From Camelus ferus (lineage: Eukaryota): a stretch of 64,000 bases of DNA. The notes below the pieces were generated by a model that saw nothing but the letters and a program-made list of their open reading frames with translations, made no database searches and was not told the origin of the DNA. The position numbers were made by a program, and so were the translations under genes. Shown here piece by piece: positions 1-14,820 of this stretch (position 1 is the first letter of the stretch; the number at the start of each line of letters is the position of its first letter). The stretch covers positions 15,254,001 through 15,318,000 of the forward strand of contig NC_045698.1 in the NCBI RefSeq assembly GCF_009834535.1. Direction: 5' to 3'.

Positions 1-837
1 TACTTGAACAATTTATTAAATGTTTTGTTGGTTCTTTCTTGAGTGTTTTTAAAGGAATATGTTCCTACCTTGAGTTCATATAGCCTTCTATTATACATTT
101 AAAATGTCAATAAATTTTGTTTTTTTTATAAGGTCACTTTTAATTTATCAGGAATTTTTTAATATAATTTATTTCTACTTCAAAATTGGAATAAAAAATG
201 GGGTAAAAATCCTGTTTAAACAGTTGTTCTTACTAATTACTGAGTGGTGCATTCAAGAAAATCTTATTAGTTCAAAGAATGCACAGGATAAATTTCAAGC
301 AAGGAAGAAGTCCTTATCATTATTTTTTTTCCTTTATATTATAGTGTGAGACTTATATTAGAGATTTTTTTTCTTTTCCGTTATATCACATAACAACTTA
401 TGAATAACCTTAAAGTAAACCCAGGGTAATAATAATATCTTCCTTAACTATTTCAATATCACAAAAACTAAGATAAAGGCATAATTATCTTACTTTAATT
501 AACCTGTCAATGATTGATATGCCACACAATTTTAATCATCTTCCATTATTAGATAAAAAAAATATGGCTTTTCCCAAATTTAGCATTACTAAAATAGAGA
601 AATAACCGTAATTTTTCAATTCAAAGGTGTGAACTATGAACTGCTTCAGATAATCATCTAGAAACTTCATACTTTGATTCAGTTTAAAAAAAGAGAGACA
701 GACAGCCCACAAATTCCATCACTTTAGACATTGTTTCTCCCTTTCTCCTGCAGTTACTTTCCCAGGCTTGCCTTTGTCTTTCTCCTCCCCCTTCTCCCAT
801 CTTTTTTCTCTTCCTCTTTCCTTCCCTCCCACTTGCC

Positions 838-975
838 ACACATGTTTATTGAACGTTTCTGACTGTCAGGCACTGTCTCTATGCAGCATATACAAAGATA
901 GAATCCTAGACACGCACCTTTGGTCTATTAGGACACTGACCTTCAAATAAATGATTGCAGCATAATGTGAATATT
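838..975 (-). mobile_element. L2 3' fragment
   Basis: catgtttattgaacgtttctgactgtcaggcactgt matches the antisense L2 3' end pattern. Confidence 0.6.
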
Positions 976-3900
976 GTTCTCTGTAATTTGTCCTACTTCA
1001 CTGTTTATTGTTTCATTCATTAGCTTGCTTTTGACTAGAAGGTTTGTGATGTCACTTTTGTAAACTTTATTTGTATAGAGTTTATACCTAAGAATGGATA
1101 AAATATTTAGCATTAGTTACGTGTAGTGCTTCAAACCTGAAGGAAAGCCTATTTCCCCTTAAACTTTTCCCCCCATCTTTCCTGGGTAAAATAAATTAGA
1201 CTGAATCTGTTCGTTTATTATATGCAACCCATAATGCACAAATAAAAGCCTGCTAGTCCAGGCAATAATTATGTCAGAGTACATTTGGTTTCATTTTATT
1301 ATGGAATGCCAACATCCCACTGAAAACCAAATCCTGTATTTCAAAAGGTTAAATAGGATGATATTTAAATAGCATCCTAGCAGGTTCAATTTAGAATCCA
1401 GAATATGTTCAATAGAAGACCAATGTCTAGCTCTGCTGAATTGTACTTAAAAAGAAATTAGATGCATTTTCAGTCACTTTAAGTTCATAAACTGCTATAC
1501 CATTGCAATTTGTGAATTTTCACAGAACTGTTTCATTAAAATGTTTTTAAAAGGCAGAATGATAATAGAATTCTACACAAGCATTAAAATGAAACAATAT
1601 GGTAGTATAATGGCATGAAAAATGTTAAATAAGAAAGTAAGTTTTAAAGTAGTAACTATAGGATGAACATATATGCAGATGGTTAGACGTGAATGCATAC
1701 TTCCAGTTTGCAGATACAAATAAAGTTACATTAAAAGAAATATTCAGATTTCATTGGCTTTTTCTGCCACTTGCATAATGTGTAAACTATCTTTCACCTC
1801 TTATCAAGTGGCTCATGAGGATTTTTCTAGTGTCTTCTATAATTGACATCTATGTTGAGGCTGCTTCTTGGAATAGTTCTCAATATAGACTTTACGCTCA
1901 AGTTCATGAGTCCATGTGGAAAAATGATAATATACAACCTGTGTTGTACTGTTCCCAGCGCTCTCTCTCAATGCTTTGTAAAACATCTCACGTAAATACT
2001 AGTACTGCTGACATAGCAACTCGTCTTCCATGCTAATAAATATTTAAAATTTTAAGTTCAAAAAGAAATCTATTGCTTCCCTGTAAGTTTATTAATAGGG
2101 AGCAGTTGAAGAAACATACAGCAAGATATGAATAGCATTTGCACTTATTTCTAAGTACTAATTATTATAAATTATCCATCTTTACTTTTGTTTTTTACAT
2201 TTTCTACAATGAATATATATTTTTCAAGAAAAGCATAACAATAAAATCAATTTATGAATTTAAAGTGCATAAAAATCAGCAATACTTGCTCAAATTCTAA
2301 TAATGATAGAGAACAAAAAAGAATTTAAATAAAATCTATCCCTTATTTTTTAAGTTAAGCATTTTAACATTCAATAGTTCACTAACCTGCTGTTTGAGTT
2401 ATATAAGTCTACTATTTTAAGGAATGGCTTTTTATGAAAATTTAAATTGTTCAGCTTTTTGTATTAATAAGAGAAAAGATAATTTGTTAATATATGTGTT
2501 TTCATGTGGATCAAGGGATAGAAACATATTACCAAATGCAACTACCATAAAGTAAGATGAGTGTTATGACTGAATGTCATTAATGGAACATAGAAAAGGG
2601 CTTAATTAGTTTGAGGCTCTAGAAAGGTCTCCTAAGAAAATAAAATTAAACTGAGATCTAAAATGCAAAAAGGAGCTAGTCTGGACTAGAGAGAAAGGAA
2701 GCAATTTGGAAAAGAAAATGATACCATTATGTTAACTAAAGGAGAAAATATTCTTTTTATATATGTTTATTTGTATAAATACATTATATGTAACTTTATA
2801 TAGTATACATAATTATGTGTTATATAGTTATATATTATATATTAAACATATATATATATATTATGTACATAAAATTCTTTGTATATATAAAATATATAAA
2901 GAAACATACTCCACTGAAACAGAGGGTTGGAAGAATTTCCTGAAAGGAATACATTACTCATAACTGAGGACATCTCACTAACTTTATTCAACTAATATTC
3001 AATAAGTTACATGTGCCGTATGCCTTTGCAAGGTAGTATCATAGTTCTGTTGTTTATAGTTTCATAGTATATTTCTATTTCTTCCCTAATTGCCTTAAGA
3101 CATGTACTATATATTTGAACTCTATTTAAGGAGGTGCTTGTGTGTGTGGTGTGTTGTATGGATGCGTTATCAGTTCAGTAGGAAGGCTTTCTTGCTTGTT
3201 TCTACACTCCTTGTTTCTTTACATCCTTTATTGTGTGAGTAAATATTTCTTCCCTGAAAAATACATTATCTGTGCCTAATGTGTCATTTATTTCTCTACG
3301 TTTAACAATGCTAAACAGCATAGCGTTTAAGGCAAAGTGATCCTAGTTCCTATTGTTTCCATTTTGTAATAAGGCAAAATTAAGTAAAGATTAGCCAAAG
3401 AAAGATTATTTACAATTACCCACTAACTCCTGCCAACTGACAAAGTGTTTACAAACAAACTCTGGAGGTGGAGCTAACCACTCATCACTAGTCCTGCATT
3501 GTCAGGAAACCAATGGAACTTAGTCTTAGATTTGCATTCTCCTGATTCAAAACTACTGGAGGCAAATTTATCCTGATAATAGGAAAGATGGAAATTGACA
3601 TGGGAGATGATATTTCTAGAAAGGTTGCTCTGTGAATGATGAAACAAAAACAAGTCATCCGTTTCAATTGCCTGAAAATACCTCTATTTACTAAAGAATG
3701 CTACAAACCCAAAGGAATGAAACTATATGTAAACAGCTTTATTTAAATTTTTTTAAATGGCATGTTGTTAATTTTTTTAAATTAATATAGTACTTCCCCA
3801 ATGCAGGATGTATCAACTCTTTAAAACATTAGGGATGCATTTAATGTACTGAAGAATTTAATTTAATAGGACCCTAGGAGCCTGCAAGCAGCTTACTCAG

Positions 3901-6161
3901 TGGGAGAATCTGGCTCATTAATTTCAGTGATACAGCACCCAAAGGTATTGAATTTTAAATGAATTCACGAACCTAATAAATCATCCTGGCTGTCAAGTAA
4001 AATATAATTTGTGAAAAATTTATTACTCATGATTATCATGTATTAATCATAAGGTTTAAAATCCAAGCAAATGTTATACTCCTAGTTGGATAAATACTCT
4101 AGATTGCAAGGAGTATTAAATGCATTTTGACATCAAGCTAGTGTATATTTCTAATGAACATCGTCTTAGACTTTGATGGCTCATCCTTTTCTTGTCAAAG
4201 TACTGAACCCATCTGTAATAATGTCACATATATCCTTGTGCTTTGACTTCTAAATCCATTTATTCATCTTTCTCTGAATGGCCATATATCACCTATGTTT
4301 GAACCAATGTCCTCAGTGTCATTTTGGAGGTGATGACAAATAACATAGATTCTGCGGAAAGGGTTTGTGGTTGCAAAAATCACCCCAAAGCCTCTAAAAC
4401 CAGTTTTATGGTTTATGGTGGCCTTTTATTGCATCCATACCACTCAATGAAATATTCTGTCTTGACCAAGATAGGCTGTTCCCACGTTTGAAAGCAGACG
4501 TTATCTATGTCTTCATGCATTTTCATGCATGTCAACATTCACAAAAATTGAACCCTAATTTCTTGGACTTATTGTCAACTCAGTGGCCTCATAGAATCCA
4601 TCAAGCAACCATTCTTCCTATTGAAATCTGGATTTGATTGGTACAAATATTTGTATTTGACTGTATTTGAAAATACTGTATTTGATTGGGGCCCTGGTAT
4701 AGAGGAACAACTGTACTTTGAAAGTCATAACATAAAAGCTGCTTCATAAATATTTGTTCCCTGCTCTTTTTTTCATAAACACAGATGTTTTAAACTACTG
4801 TCTTCCTATTTGGCTAAGTTGCTATGAAATGGAACTAAAATGAACCTAAAAATTTCACCTAAAGTTACATATTTTTGTAAACTAATTATTTATTTTATAA
4901 AATCAACACTGAAAGTTGTTTTTCTAGTTTAGCTATGTTCTTATATTAACATATGTTATTTATTTTAGAGTTCATAACAGCTTTCCACAGATGCTATTAA
5001 AAAAGGACTTGAATTAATATACTATTCTCATATGATCATTTCATAAAATGTTAGAGACGTATGGTAGCTTTTCACTGGATTTTTATAATGCATTTTTAAA
5101 GCTAACATTTACCCATTTAACAACAATGGATTAGAGGCTATGAATGACTGTCTGAAAGCCAGGAAAACTTTAAGGAACTGTTTGATAATAATAATTCATT
5201 CAGTTCATCTGCTTATCATATAAATTAAATAACATGGATCAAAGTGATTTCTGTAAATTGATTAGCTCTCTATAGAGTATTAATGATACTTTGCTAGGCT
5301 AAGACTATCATCTGTAATACAAAAGTACTTCATAAAGTCCATATATTTAAAATGATTTTGAGCTAAGATCACATCAAACTAAATATTCAATATATTTTAA
5401 TTTTTTTCCAATAATACTAAAAGCATGAATGAAATATCATCTACGCTGTTCACTGGAGAGTATATATGCAATTACTTTATATAATTTAACTTAAAATATA
5501 TTTGAAATGTACATTCTTAGTACAAATCCTAAAACCTTAAGAAGACTTTAGTTAACTACATAATTTAGGAAATGCATTATTAAATGTATAACATATTTGT
5601 GAATATTTTATAGTTGATATGACTATTAACCATCATAATTTTTAAAAAGATATGTTTTGCCACAGATATTAATAAAAATATATTTTACTATCAACTGATT
5701 ACTTGCAAGTCTCTGGTCTAAAATTTTGACTCAAAACTTTGAAGTTATCTATGATTTTTATGAGCTTTCACCATTTGAATGAGCAATTAATTTGCAAATA
5801 ATTTTTTAAGTCGTCAAGTTTATCTAAGTTCCTTGTAGCTTCTAAGTTTCCTGTGCTTTGCTCAATCCCTCTATTTCCACCCACCATCCACTTTAAGAAA
5901 ATCATTCCTTTTCTGCTGTACCTATTGCTTCAAGGGATATATTAATGAGTTGTAAGGCAAATGCCCTGTACTACCAGCCATTCCAAGAAACTGATCTTCG
6001 CCAGTGACATCAGAAGCTCCTAATTGCTCACCCCATCTCAACTCTCTTCTTCCCTCCAAAATGATCAATTTACCTAAACTTTGTAAGAATACATTTTTTG
6101 CATTTCTTTATGTTTTTGTTTCCTAAATAACCATGCCCAAGTATTTTAGTTCAGTCCATTT

Positions 6162-8391
6162 ATTTTTTAATTAATTTAAATTTATTTTTAATAAATAATA
6201 ATTTTTAGAGTAGTTTTAGGCTCATAGCAAAATTGATGGGAAAGTACAAAGATTTCCCATATATCCCCTGCCTCCACACATGTATAACCTCCTCCGTTAT
6301 CAACAGCACCAACCAGAATGCTATATTTGTTACAATAGGTCATCCTGTAATGGCACATCATGATCACCCAAAGTTCATAGTTTACATTAGGCTTCACTTA
6401 TGATGTTGTACATTCTATGGGTTTGGACAAAGATAATGACATGTATCCATCATTATGTTATCATGCAGAGTATCTGCACTGCCTTAAAAATACTCTGTTA
6501 CTCCTATTCGTAGCATCCACCAGATGCCACCATAATCCCTATCAACCACAGATCTCCTTATTGTCTTTGCAGTTTTGACATTTTCACAATTTCTAATAGT
6601 TGGAATCAGGCTTCTTTCAGTCATGTATATTTAAGTTTCCATGTCTCTTCATAGCTTGATAGCTCAGTTCTTTTTAGGGAAAGATACTTTATTGTCTACT
6701 GTACCACAGTTTATTTATCCATTCACCTACTAAAACCCAACTTAGTTCCTTCCAAGTTTTGGCAATTATGAATAAATCTGCTATAGACATCTGGGTACAG
6801 CTTTTGTGTGAACATAAGTTTTCCACTCCTTTGGGTAAATACTAGGGAGAGTGACTGATGGATCACATGGTAAGAATATTTTCCCTTAAACAACCAACAG
6901 ACTGTCTTCCAAGGTGACTGTGTCATTTTGCCTTCCCACCAGCAATGAATGAAAATTCCTACTGCTCCACACCCTCACCAGCATTTGGCATTGTTAGTGT
7001 TTCAGATTTTGGTTATTCTCATAAGTGTGTGTGATGGTAATCTCATTGTTTTGCCTTCCATTTCTCTGATGACATATGACATCTTTTCATATACTTATTT
7101 ACCATCTGTATATCTTCTTTGGTGAAGTGTCTGTTAAGATCTTTATCCTATTTTTTAATCAGGTTATTTGCTTTCCTACTGTTGAGTTTCAAATGTTCTT
7201 TGCATATTTTGGATTATAGTCATTTACCTGATGTGTCTTTTGCAAATATTTATTCCAAGTCTGTGGCATGTCTTACCATTTTTTTGACATTGTCTTTCAC
7301 AGATGTTGGAGGATGGAGGGGGCAAACAATGTCCCACTCAGAGAAGGCATCTGAGACAGAGATACGAGGCACGCAGCTCCATATAAATGGATCAGTTTAT
7401 CACAAGGTAAATTACTCACAGGGTGGGATCAGGATTGTGCAGACAACAATCTGGAAACATGCACAGCTGCAGTCAGATATCGCCGAGCTGCCATGGGGAC
7501 AATTTTATAGTTAAACTAGAACATGGGAGTAGGTGCTTAAAAATAAGATGTGCATTCCTAAGATTCATGAATGAGTAACTAGTCTCCTGGGTGCTGGGAA
7601 TAAACCAACAAAGGTTTTCACCATTGGTTGGGGAATAACAGAGCATAGAGGCCACCTGATCCTAATGATTATTTTTTAAAAATCTATTAACTACAAAATC
7701 CTTGATGACAGAGAAGTGACTTACGGCACAGTACAGTCTTGGGTGGGGTAAGTGGAAGGACAGGATAAACTAAGAGCCCAACATGGAGTCAGTTACGCTA
7801 ACAATCATACATCAGGAGAGAAGTTTTGTTTTTGTTTTTTAAATGTAATAGAGTTCATTGTATCAGTTATTTCTTTCATGGATCTGCTTTTGATGTTGTA
7901 TCTAAGAGGTCATTGCTTACCCAAGTTCATCTAGGTTTTCTCCTGTATTCTCTTCTAGGAATTGTGTAGTTTTGTATTTTATATTTATGTCTATGATCCA
8001 TTTTGAGCTACATTTTGTGAAAGATGTAAGGTCTGTGACTAGGTTCATTTGTTTGTATGTGGATGTCCAATTATTCCAGCACCATTTGTTGAAAAAATTA
8101 TCTTTGTTCCATTACATTGCCTTTATTCCTTTGTCAAAGATCAGTGGACTCTATTTATGTGGATCTATTTCTGAGTTCTGTATTCTGTTGCATTGACCTA
8201 TGTTCCTATTCGCTTGCCAATACACACTGTCTTGATTACTGTAGCTGTATAGTAAGTCTTAAAGTTGGGACTTGTACATTCTCACTTCATTCTTCTCTTT
8301 CAATATTGCTTTGGCTATACTAAGTCATTTGCCTCTCCATATAAACTTTAGAATCAGTTTGCACATATCCACAAAGTAACTTCTTGGGATG
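6162..8391 (-). mobile_element. 5'-truncated L1 (L1MC-like 3' UTR plus ORF2 end), interrupted by an LTR
   Basis: A T-rich tail at about 6162-6205 is followed by an L1MC-type 3' UTR and antisense ORF2 3' sequence (ccagcaccatttgttgaaaa; cactgtcttgattactgtagct). The candidate TSD GTCCATTT lies at 6154-6161 and 8392-8399. Confidence 0.88.
7304..7814 (-). mobile_element. ERV1-type solo LTR nested in the L1
   Basis: A block of about 510 bp, more GC-rich than its surroundings, starts TGTTGG and splits the L1 between 'tgtctttcacaga' and 'gagaagtttt'. Its right end reads TTAGCGTAACTGACTCCATGTTGG on the minus strand, typical of MER4-group LTR starts. Confidence 0.7.
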
Positions 8392-8399
8392 GTCCATTT

Positions 8400-11300
8400 T
8401 TAAAATCTTAAATCTTAGATTTCTTGCTCCACTTATTTTTCTTAATTCTTTTTCCTGTTGAAAAATATGGTATATTTTGACCAGTAGATTTTTCTGTGGG
8501 TTTGACTTTGTTGATTGCATATTCATGGTGAAATTCAGTATGTTCTTCTGTCCTAAATATTTCCTGCAAATTGACACCCAGATTCAGAGTTTTAATTAGA
8601 CTCTTGTTTAATTTTCTTGATAAAGCCTATACATAGTGTTGTGTGATTTCATTAGGAAAAACGTGATGTCTGTTCTTTCTTTTTTTCTTTGTGTACGTTC
8701 ATACGTTACCTATTTATACATTGGCTACATCTGCTTGTTGATTGAGAATTGCAAAATGTTGATGTTCTACATATCTTTTCCTTTTAATTTGTTAGTTGGA
8801 TTTTTTTTTCTAACAGACACTTCTTCACTTCTAGAATTTGACTATGTGATGATATAGTTCATCTAGATAATATAAAATAAATGCTTCTCTCTTTCTCTTT
8901 CTTTTTCCAATTCTAAAGATAATGGATCAATATAATTTTCCAAACTAAAATAATGAGTTTTTAAATTATATGATTCAATTATTAACTTATAGATTTATAT
9001 ATATTTAATAAATTATTATTATTTTTATAACTCAAATTGTCTCAGTTTGGACAATGAGTCAAACAATTTGGCTTATAAATACTTTTAACACAGCCCCAGT
9101 GTTTTTGTTTTTGTTTTCAGTATCTTCTCCGTCATTTGGATAGCAAGATACTTCTATTTCACTTCATGTTTTTTTCCTGTTCCACATGTATTTTCTATTT
9201 CTTTTGGATCTGGTTTATTTTACAAGAATATGCATTTCAAGACTATGATTTAGTCACTGAGGGGGCTCATTGCTGCTGGCTTCATTACTTTTAGACATTT
9301 TTAGTGAACAGAGCTATAAAAATGCAGCTATCCAAATTTCATGTATATATAGAGAGCCTTAAATGTTCTTTCAAAGATAAAATTCCTCACGCAGTCATAT
9401 TGATATCTCTAGTTTGAATTCAGAACAACAGGATTTTTAGTTAATATTATTCAGACTGCATGTGTATCTCCTTTTTCTATACCGAGATCCCTGGTTTTCA
9501 AGCACACACGGGAATGACTATATCATAATTAATACTTTACTTAATCCATGTTACCCATTTAACATTTCAGAACAGCATTAATAAAGCCAACACCACTACC
9601 TGCATAATTACTATGAAAAGATTTATAAAATCGTATGTATTTTCCTTTTCCCCCATATATTTTGCAATCATTTGATTTCTACCCTGACTTCATAGATCAT
9701 GCTGTTTACTTTCTCATTCTTAAATTTCATTTTGTCTTAGTTCTGTAAGTCATTATATGTTTAAAACTTATCTCTGTAGTTATGCTGTTGTCTGAAGCTG
9801 CTCTTGAGTAGATACTTCAAAACAAGTTCATGTAATACTTTCTGAGCATTGTTTGTTGATAATAATTAAACTCAGCATTTTTAATATCAGTTTTGCTGTA
9901 TACACATTTCTTTGCTTATATTTTTCCTTGATATACTAATTGGTATTGTTCCATGTTATCATTTTGAAAGTAATGCTTTTAAAATGTCAGAGAGTAACCT
10001 ATTTTTTGATGGTTTTGCTTAGATATCCAGGGTTTGTTTTTTTTTAATTTAAAGTACAGTTAAAATTAGAACATGCATTAGAACTGTTCATACTGATTTT
10101 GTATTCTCATAGGATATGAATGCTTTTTCAATAATTCAATGTTTATTATTACTTATAATTTTGAAAAATCAGGGACATTTTCTTAAATTAGAGATTTTAG
10201 TATGTATTCTACAACCTCATTTTCATCTCTTTTTAAAAGATATATATGAACTGAATGTTGAATCTTTGCCTATTGCTAATAGTTATTGTATTTCAATTTT
10301 TTTTTATTTTTAAATTTCTTTGAGTTTTTAAAACTCTTCCTTTTTTAACTTGTTTTTCCTAGGCGCTATCTACTGCCGCTTGTGTTTATTCTCTCTTGTG
10401 TTCCTTCTGGTTCAGTGTTCATCTCTGGAATTAATTTTTCTTATACTACTAATTATTTCTTGCATTTTTGTCAACTTATTTCTGAGTTTTTAAAATTCTG
10501 ACTTTTGTTCTTTTGTGTTTTGTAGCATTTTCTTAATATGCTTTCTTTGCATTAAATAGAAAGCTCAGTTATCTGTCTGTGGACACAACTGTGACAAGTT
10601 GTCATTGTCTGTAGACATGTGATTCTGCTTATTATTGTCTTTTTTTTTTTCTTATACCAGCTTTTCTGTTGATCATTGTCATACAAAATCAGTTTACTTA
10701 AACTTGTTGAAGAATGTGTGGTTTATAATATTTTTCATAATTTCCAAAACTCCTATTTCTTTTTTAACATGTGATTGTGTGTGTGCACATGTGTGTACAT
10801 GTGCGTGTGTGCTTAGTGTTTAAAATATGAAAGCTAGATTTCTGGAATCTTCTGGTAATGTTGCTTCTATCACTTTTATGTAGACCTTATCTTTCTGTCC
10901 CTTCTACTATTCCTCATATTTTTAATCCACTCCCAGAAATTTCTTCTCCATTTAGGACCCTGTATTGGAGGGATCTCTGGAGGCTCACTTCCTAGAGTTC
11001 ATAAGGACTCGTCCATGCAAATCCCTCAAAATCACCATTGGACTTGCATTCAGCTTCGTTTAGAAAGCATGAAAACTCCATTTCAGCTGCTATTCCTAAT
11101 TTGCTCCAAGACTTCCCAGTGAATTCCAGATGGCTGTTTTGGGGATCTCTTGTTGTAAACTTATCAACTATCTCGTTACTTTTTATACCTTTTCCCCACA
11201 CAGAGCCTTGCAATATGCTGATCTTTTGCTATTGATGATTTGTCCCCGTCCACTTCTATTTTGGAGTTTGTGGGGACATGCTGTTACCTAGTTGCGCTGG

Positions 11301-11420
11301 AAAGTCTGTCATTTAGATCTTGCTTTCTGTTGCTATGTACTTGCTCTTCTTTTAATGCAGAGATTCAAATATTAGTACCTATGATATTACTGTACTTATC
11401 TGATCAGAATTATTCATTTA
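8400..11420 (-). mobile_element. Old, highly diverged L1-related fragments (L1MC4/5- or HAL1-like)
   Basis: T-rich strand bias. 8480-8600 resembles the L1MC4/5 3' region (tttgttgattgcat...tgttcttctgtcct...atttcctgcaaattg). Boundaries are approximate. Confidence 0.5.
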
Positions 11421-12919
11421 ACATACATTATAATAATAAGCAAGGAAAGTGTACTGTATTTCCATAGATACAGAAAAGCATAAACCAAATAATAACAAAT
11501 ACTGAACATTAACTTTATATTATATTCAGTTGAAATTTTAATTTCTTTTTGTGTGTGTGATTAAAAAACTAGTTTAAGATTATTATTAGATTTACCTCAA
11601 TTCATCAAGATAGGATAGATGGAATTTAAAAGATTATAGTTGTAGCATCACTGTCTTCAAGTAACTTAGAATATGAATAAATGGGGAGATGTTTACAGAT
11701 ACAGGTAAGTACAATAATGATATGTATGATACAGGAGCTAATTCCTCTACTTCTTTCAGCTGCTTACAAAATAGAGCCTCAATATTTTAGTCATTATTAT
11801 CATGTAAATTTAGTTCCATATAAAAATATTTCCTAGATTTCAAAATATATTACCACTTATTGTGATTTCTAGAAGTTTTCTCGCCATATGCACCAAATAG
11901 GAAATACACTTTTTCTCATTCAACTTTGCCCTCTATCAGATCAGTGAACTACATCAGGCCCTGTTCTGTACATAATTTCAAGCAACTCCTCTTTCCACTT
12001 GACTATGGTAAGAACCATATTTTTGCTATATATATATTGATGATATAAGAAAAAAAGAAACTAAGGTTTATAAAATATCAGACTGGAGGTTATTCACACG
12101 TTATTTATATTCCTGGTTATGCGTGGGTTGTCTGTTTCACAAATGCGAAGGACGGAGGCTATTGAACTTGGAGATAATGGGCATCATTTAAACTGATATC
12201 ATGAAAAAGAAGAAAATTTTAGTTTTTAAGGTGTATTAAAGGGAAACAGAAAAATAATATAAAGTATTAAAGACACCATTGTGGGTAACAGTAATATTGG
12301 AAACTGATATTTTAAAATTCTCAGATATTTTTATATGAGAGGAAGGAAGAGTTCACCTGAATGCATCTTTCATATATTGTATAAATGTTTAAAGGATAGT
12401 TTCTGTGTGTCAGGCTCTCTACTTGATACAGGGAATACTAAAATAATATGATAATCCCTGTCTTCAAAGAACTCCTAGTCTAGCTGTGGAGACATAAAAG
12501 TAAATAAACAGCAGTGTAATATAAAAAATGCAAAACTAGAAGAAGCACAAAGCGTCAAAGAGAAACCACCAGACCCTTCCAGTGAATATAAGAAAATATA
12601 AATCTTCACAGAGGATGTGAAACTTAAACATAAGTAGAACTTTATTCATTGATTAATGGGGCACCAGGTCTAAACGATGGCTAACTTTGTAGCCCAACTT
12701 CTAGGTTAAAAGAAACATTCTCAAACCATCATCAGTCTGCCTGGAGCAAGAGTGAGAAACTGTGTTTCCATTGTATGGATTTGTGGATGAGACACAGAAT
12801 TGTTGTGAAAGTTTGGAGGCAGATGCATACGGAGCATTCAAGAATAATCACACAGTGAAGGTTTCTTATGACCCCATAACAAATTGAAACTCTGTCCAGC
12901 AAGCAACGATCTACACCGT

Positions 12920-13320
12920 TCATTCCGCTGACAAATATTTATTGAATAGCTGATTTGTGTCCTTCTAGGTCTTTGGTTTATACCAGAGAAAGGGAGACCA
13001 AGATCTGCATTCTCATGGGTATTTACATTTAAGGGTAAATATACAATAATCATTTAAAATAACAAATAAGTAAACATCTGACATACTAGGAGATGATAAA
13101 TGAGACAAAAAAGAAAAATATTTAAAGCAGAGAAAGGGAGATAGGGAGTGGGCAAATGAAGTTGGGGAATTGGTGGCAGTATTAAGTACAATTGGTCAAA
13201 CTTAAAAGGTAAAATTCGAGCAAAGATTTAAAGAAGGTAAAAGAAGCTTGGCAAACTGATATCCCATCATTTTGGGCAGAGAGAACAGCTAGGAGAATAT
13301 GGCTCAAATGAACCCTGGCA
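12920..13320 (-). mobile_element. L2 3' fragment
   Basis: ttcattcc..acaaatatttattgaatagc, followed by ctgcattctcatgggtatttacattt. Confidence 0.65.
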
Positions 13321-14028
13321 AGAGGTGGAACAAATGCTGTCTAATGAAATATTTATGGTAGATATCACATCATGGTTCAAAGTGTACACAAATACATGGT
13401 TAACTGATTCCATTCATGCACTTTATGTTTAGCGATGAACACATTTTCTCCCACAAAGAAGGGGATATACATTGAAAGATATTGTTTTGAAGACTCGCTT
13501 ACCAAGCATTTACTATCAAATTCAAACTCTGCTTATTCTATTGTGCAGCATGATAAAATTTGGAATAGATCTGTGCAAGACGGTCACTTCAAAACAAATG
13601 TCTGAAGGATATGTGTATCTTTACATAGGGTGGAAAGATACGCAAATGTCTTCTTTTTATCTCAATGTTTACATGGAATAGAAAGCTAAAACTAATACCT
13701 TCTTATCTGTGATCTGGTAATACATTTCGGTTATCTTACACAGCATATGCCCTATGGATTGTTTTTGCTTTATAAACATGATAAGATTAAATTGTTATTT
13801 GAAGTAAAAGATTGGTGCTCCATCAAGCAACATGTGGGTCTGTGATACGCCCCATTTGGAGAGCTCATGTTTCTTTACTTACATACATTTGTTATGATTC
13901 TTAGGCTACTATAAAGATCATGGTTGGTTAAATTTTTTGAAATAAATATCATTTCCATCATTCCCAATCACTAAAAGAAGAAAATCAAAAATAATGCAAA
14001 TAAAATTTCATAACTTCTAATTAATATC

Positions 14029-14510
14029 TGTGGTGGAGACTTCTAGTTGTCTACTAAAATATCTATTTTCCATTACTTCCTTGTTAAGAGAAACCCAACA
14101 CAAAGACTGAATATTATTCAGCTGTATCCAGAGCCAGCAAGTTGAAAGTCTGCATTTTCTGGCTTCCTTTGCTGACGATTCTGTCCATATGACTACATTA
14201 TGATAAGTAAGATGTTTCTCTAAAGGAGAGAGTGTGCCCTTCCTATCTTTTCTTCAAGATTGGCCTAGAATGCCGATGCCATGCCTGGAACTCCAGTTTC
14301 AATCCTGGCCCATGAAGGCCGAGTTTATCATCTGACAAGGAGAACGAACAGAGCTGGAAATTTTGAACAAAACTGACGCATGTTTGGAGCCTCCACATCT
14401 GCTACCTGCCCTAGACTGCCTTCTTACACGTGGCTTTTATGTGGAAGAATAAAATCTTGTGCGTAAAAATGTCTGTGACTCTGTCTCAAAGCACGGTGTC
14501 TAAAACAATG
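14029..14510 (+). mobile_element. MaLR LTR (MLT1J-like)
   Basis: Starts TGTGGTGG..gttgtctactaaaatatctatttt..cttccttg. Internal atgcctggaactccag and cctgccctagactgcc, then AATAAA at about 14448. Confidence 0.65.
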
Positions 14511-14820
14511 GCATCTGAGAAATGACGGTCTTGCAAACTTGAGAAATTGGCCATGGTGGTAACTTGAGGTGAATTTCTTTTCTATTTGTAAATCTCAACT
14601 CTCTTCATCTCCAAGGTGCCTTTATGTTTCTTGTTTAAAATGCCCCAGTACCCAATTAGGTATGGGAGCTCTCTGGTGAAATCACTGAGAAGCATTTATT
14701 TCCATTTCTGTGACACATTTTTGTTTCTGTTATGAGGTGAGACTTCTCGGGACATTTTCTCCTTCACCTCAACTTCATTTCAGTTGGAGGAAGACCCTCA
14801 ACACTCTCATGATCTGATAC

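Noticed and set aside
4649..4686. Short local direct repeats (TGTATTTGA x3; similar micro-duplications near 28243, 36719, 40340 and 44583)
   Set aside because: Ordinary slippage duplications with no repeat-spacer array structure, so not CRISPR-like.
6517..6530. CTCF-like CCACCAGATGCCAC
   Set aside because: It mismatches a key G of the core and lies within an L1 3' UTR.
7119..7514. 131-aa ORF
   Set aside because: It spans the antisense L1/LTR junction and has no coding signature.
11702..11710. Perfect splice donor CAG|GTAAGT
   Set aside because: No convincing upstream acceptor or coding frame. One such 9-mer can occur by chance in 64 kb.
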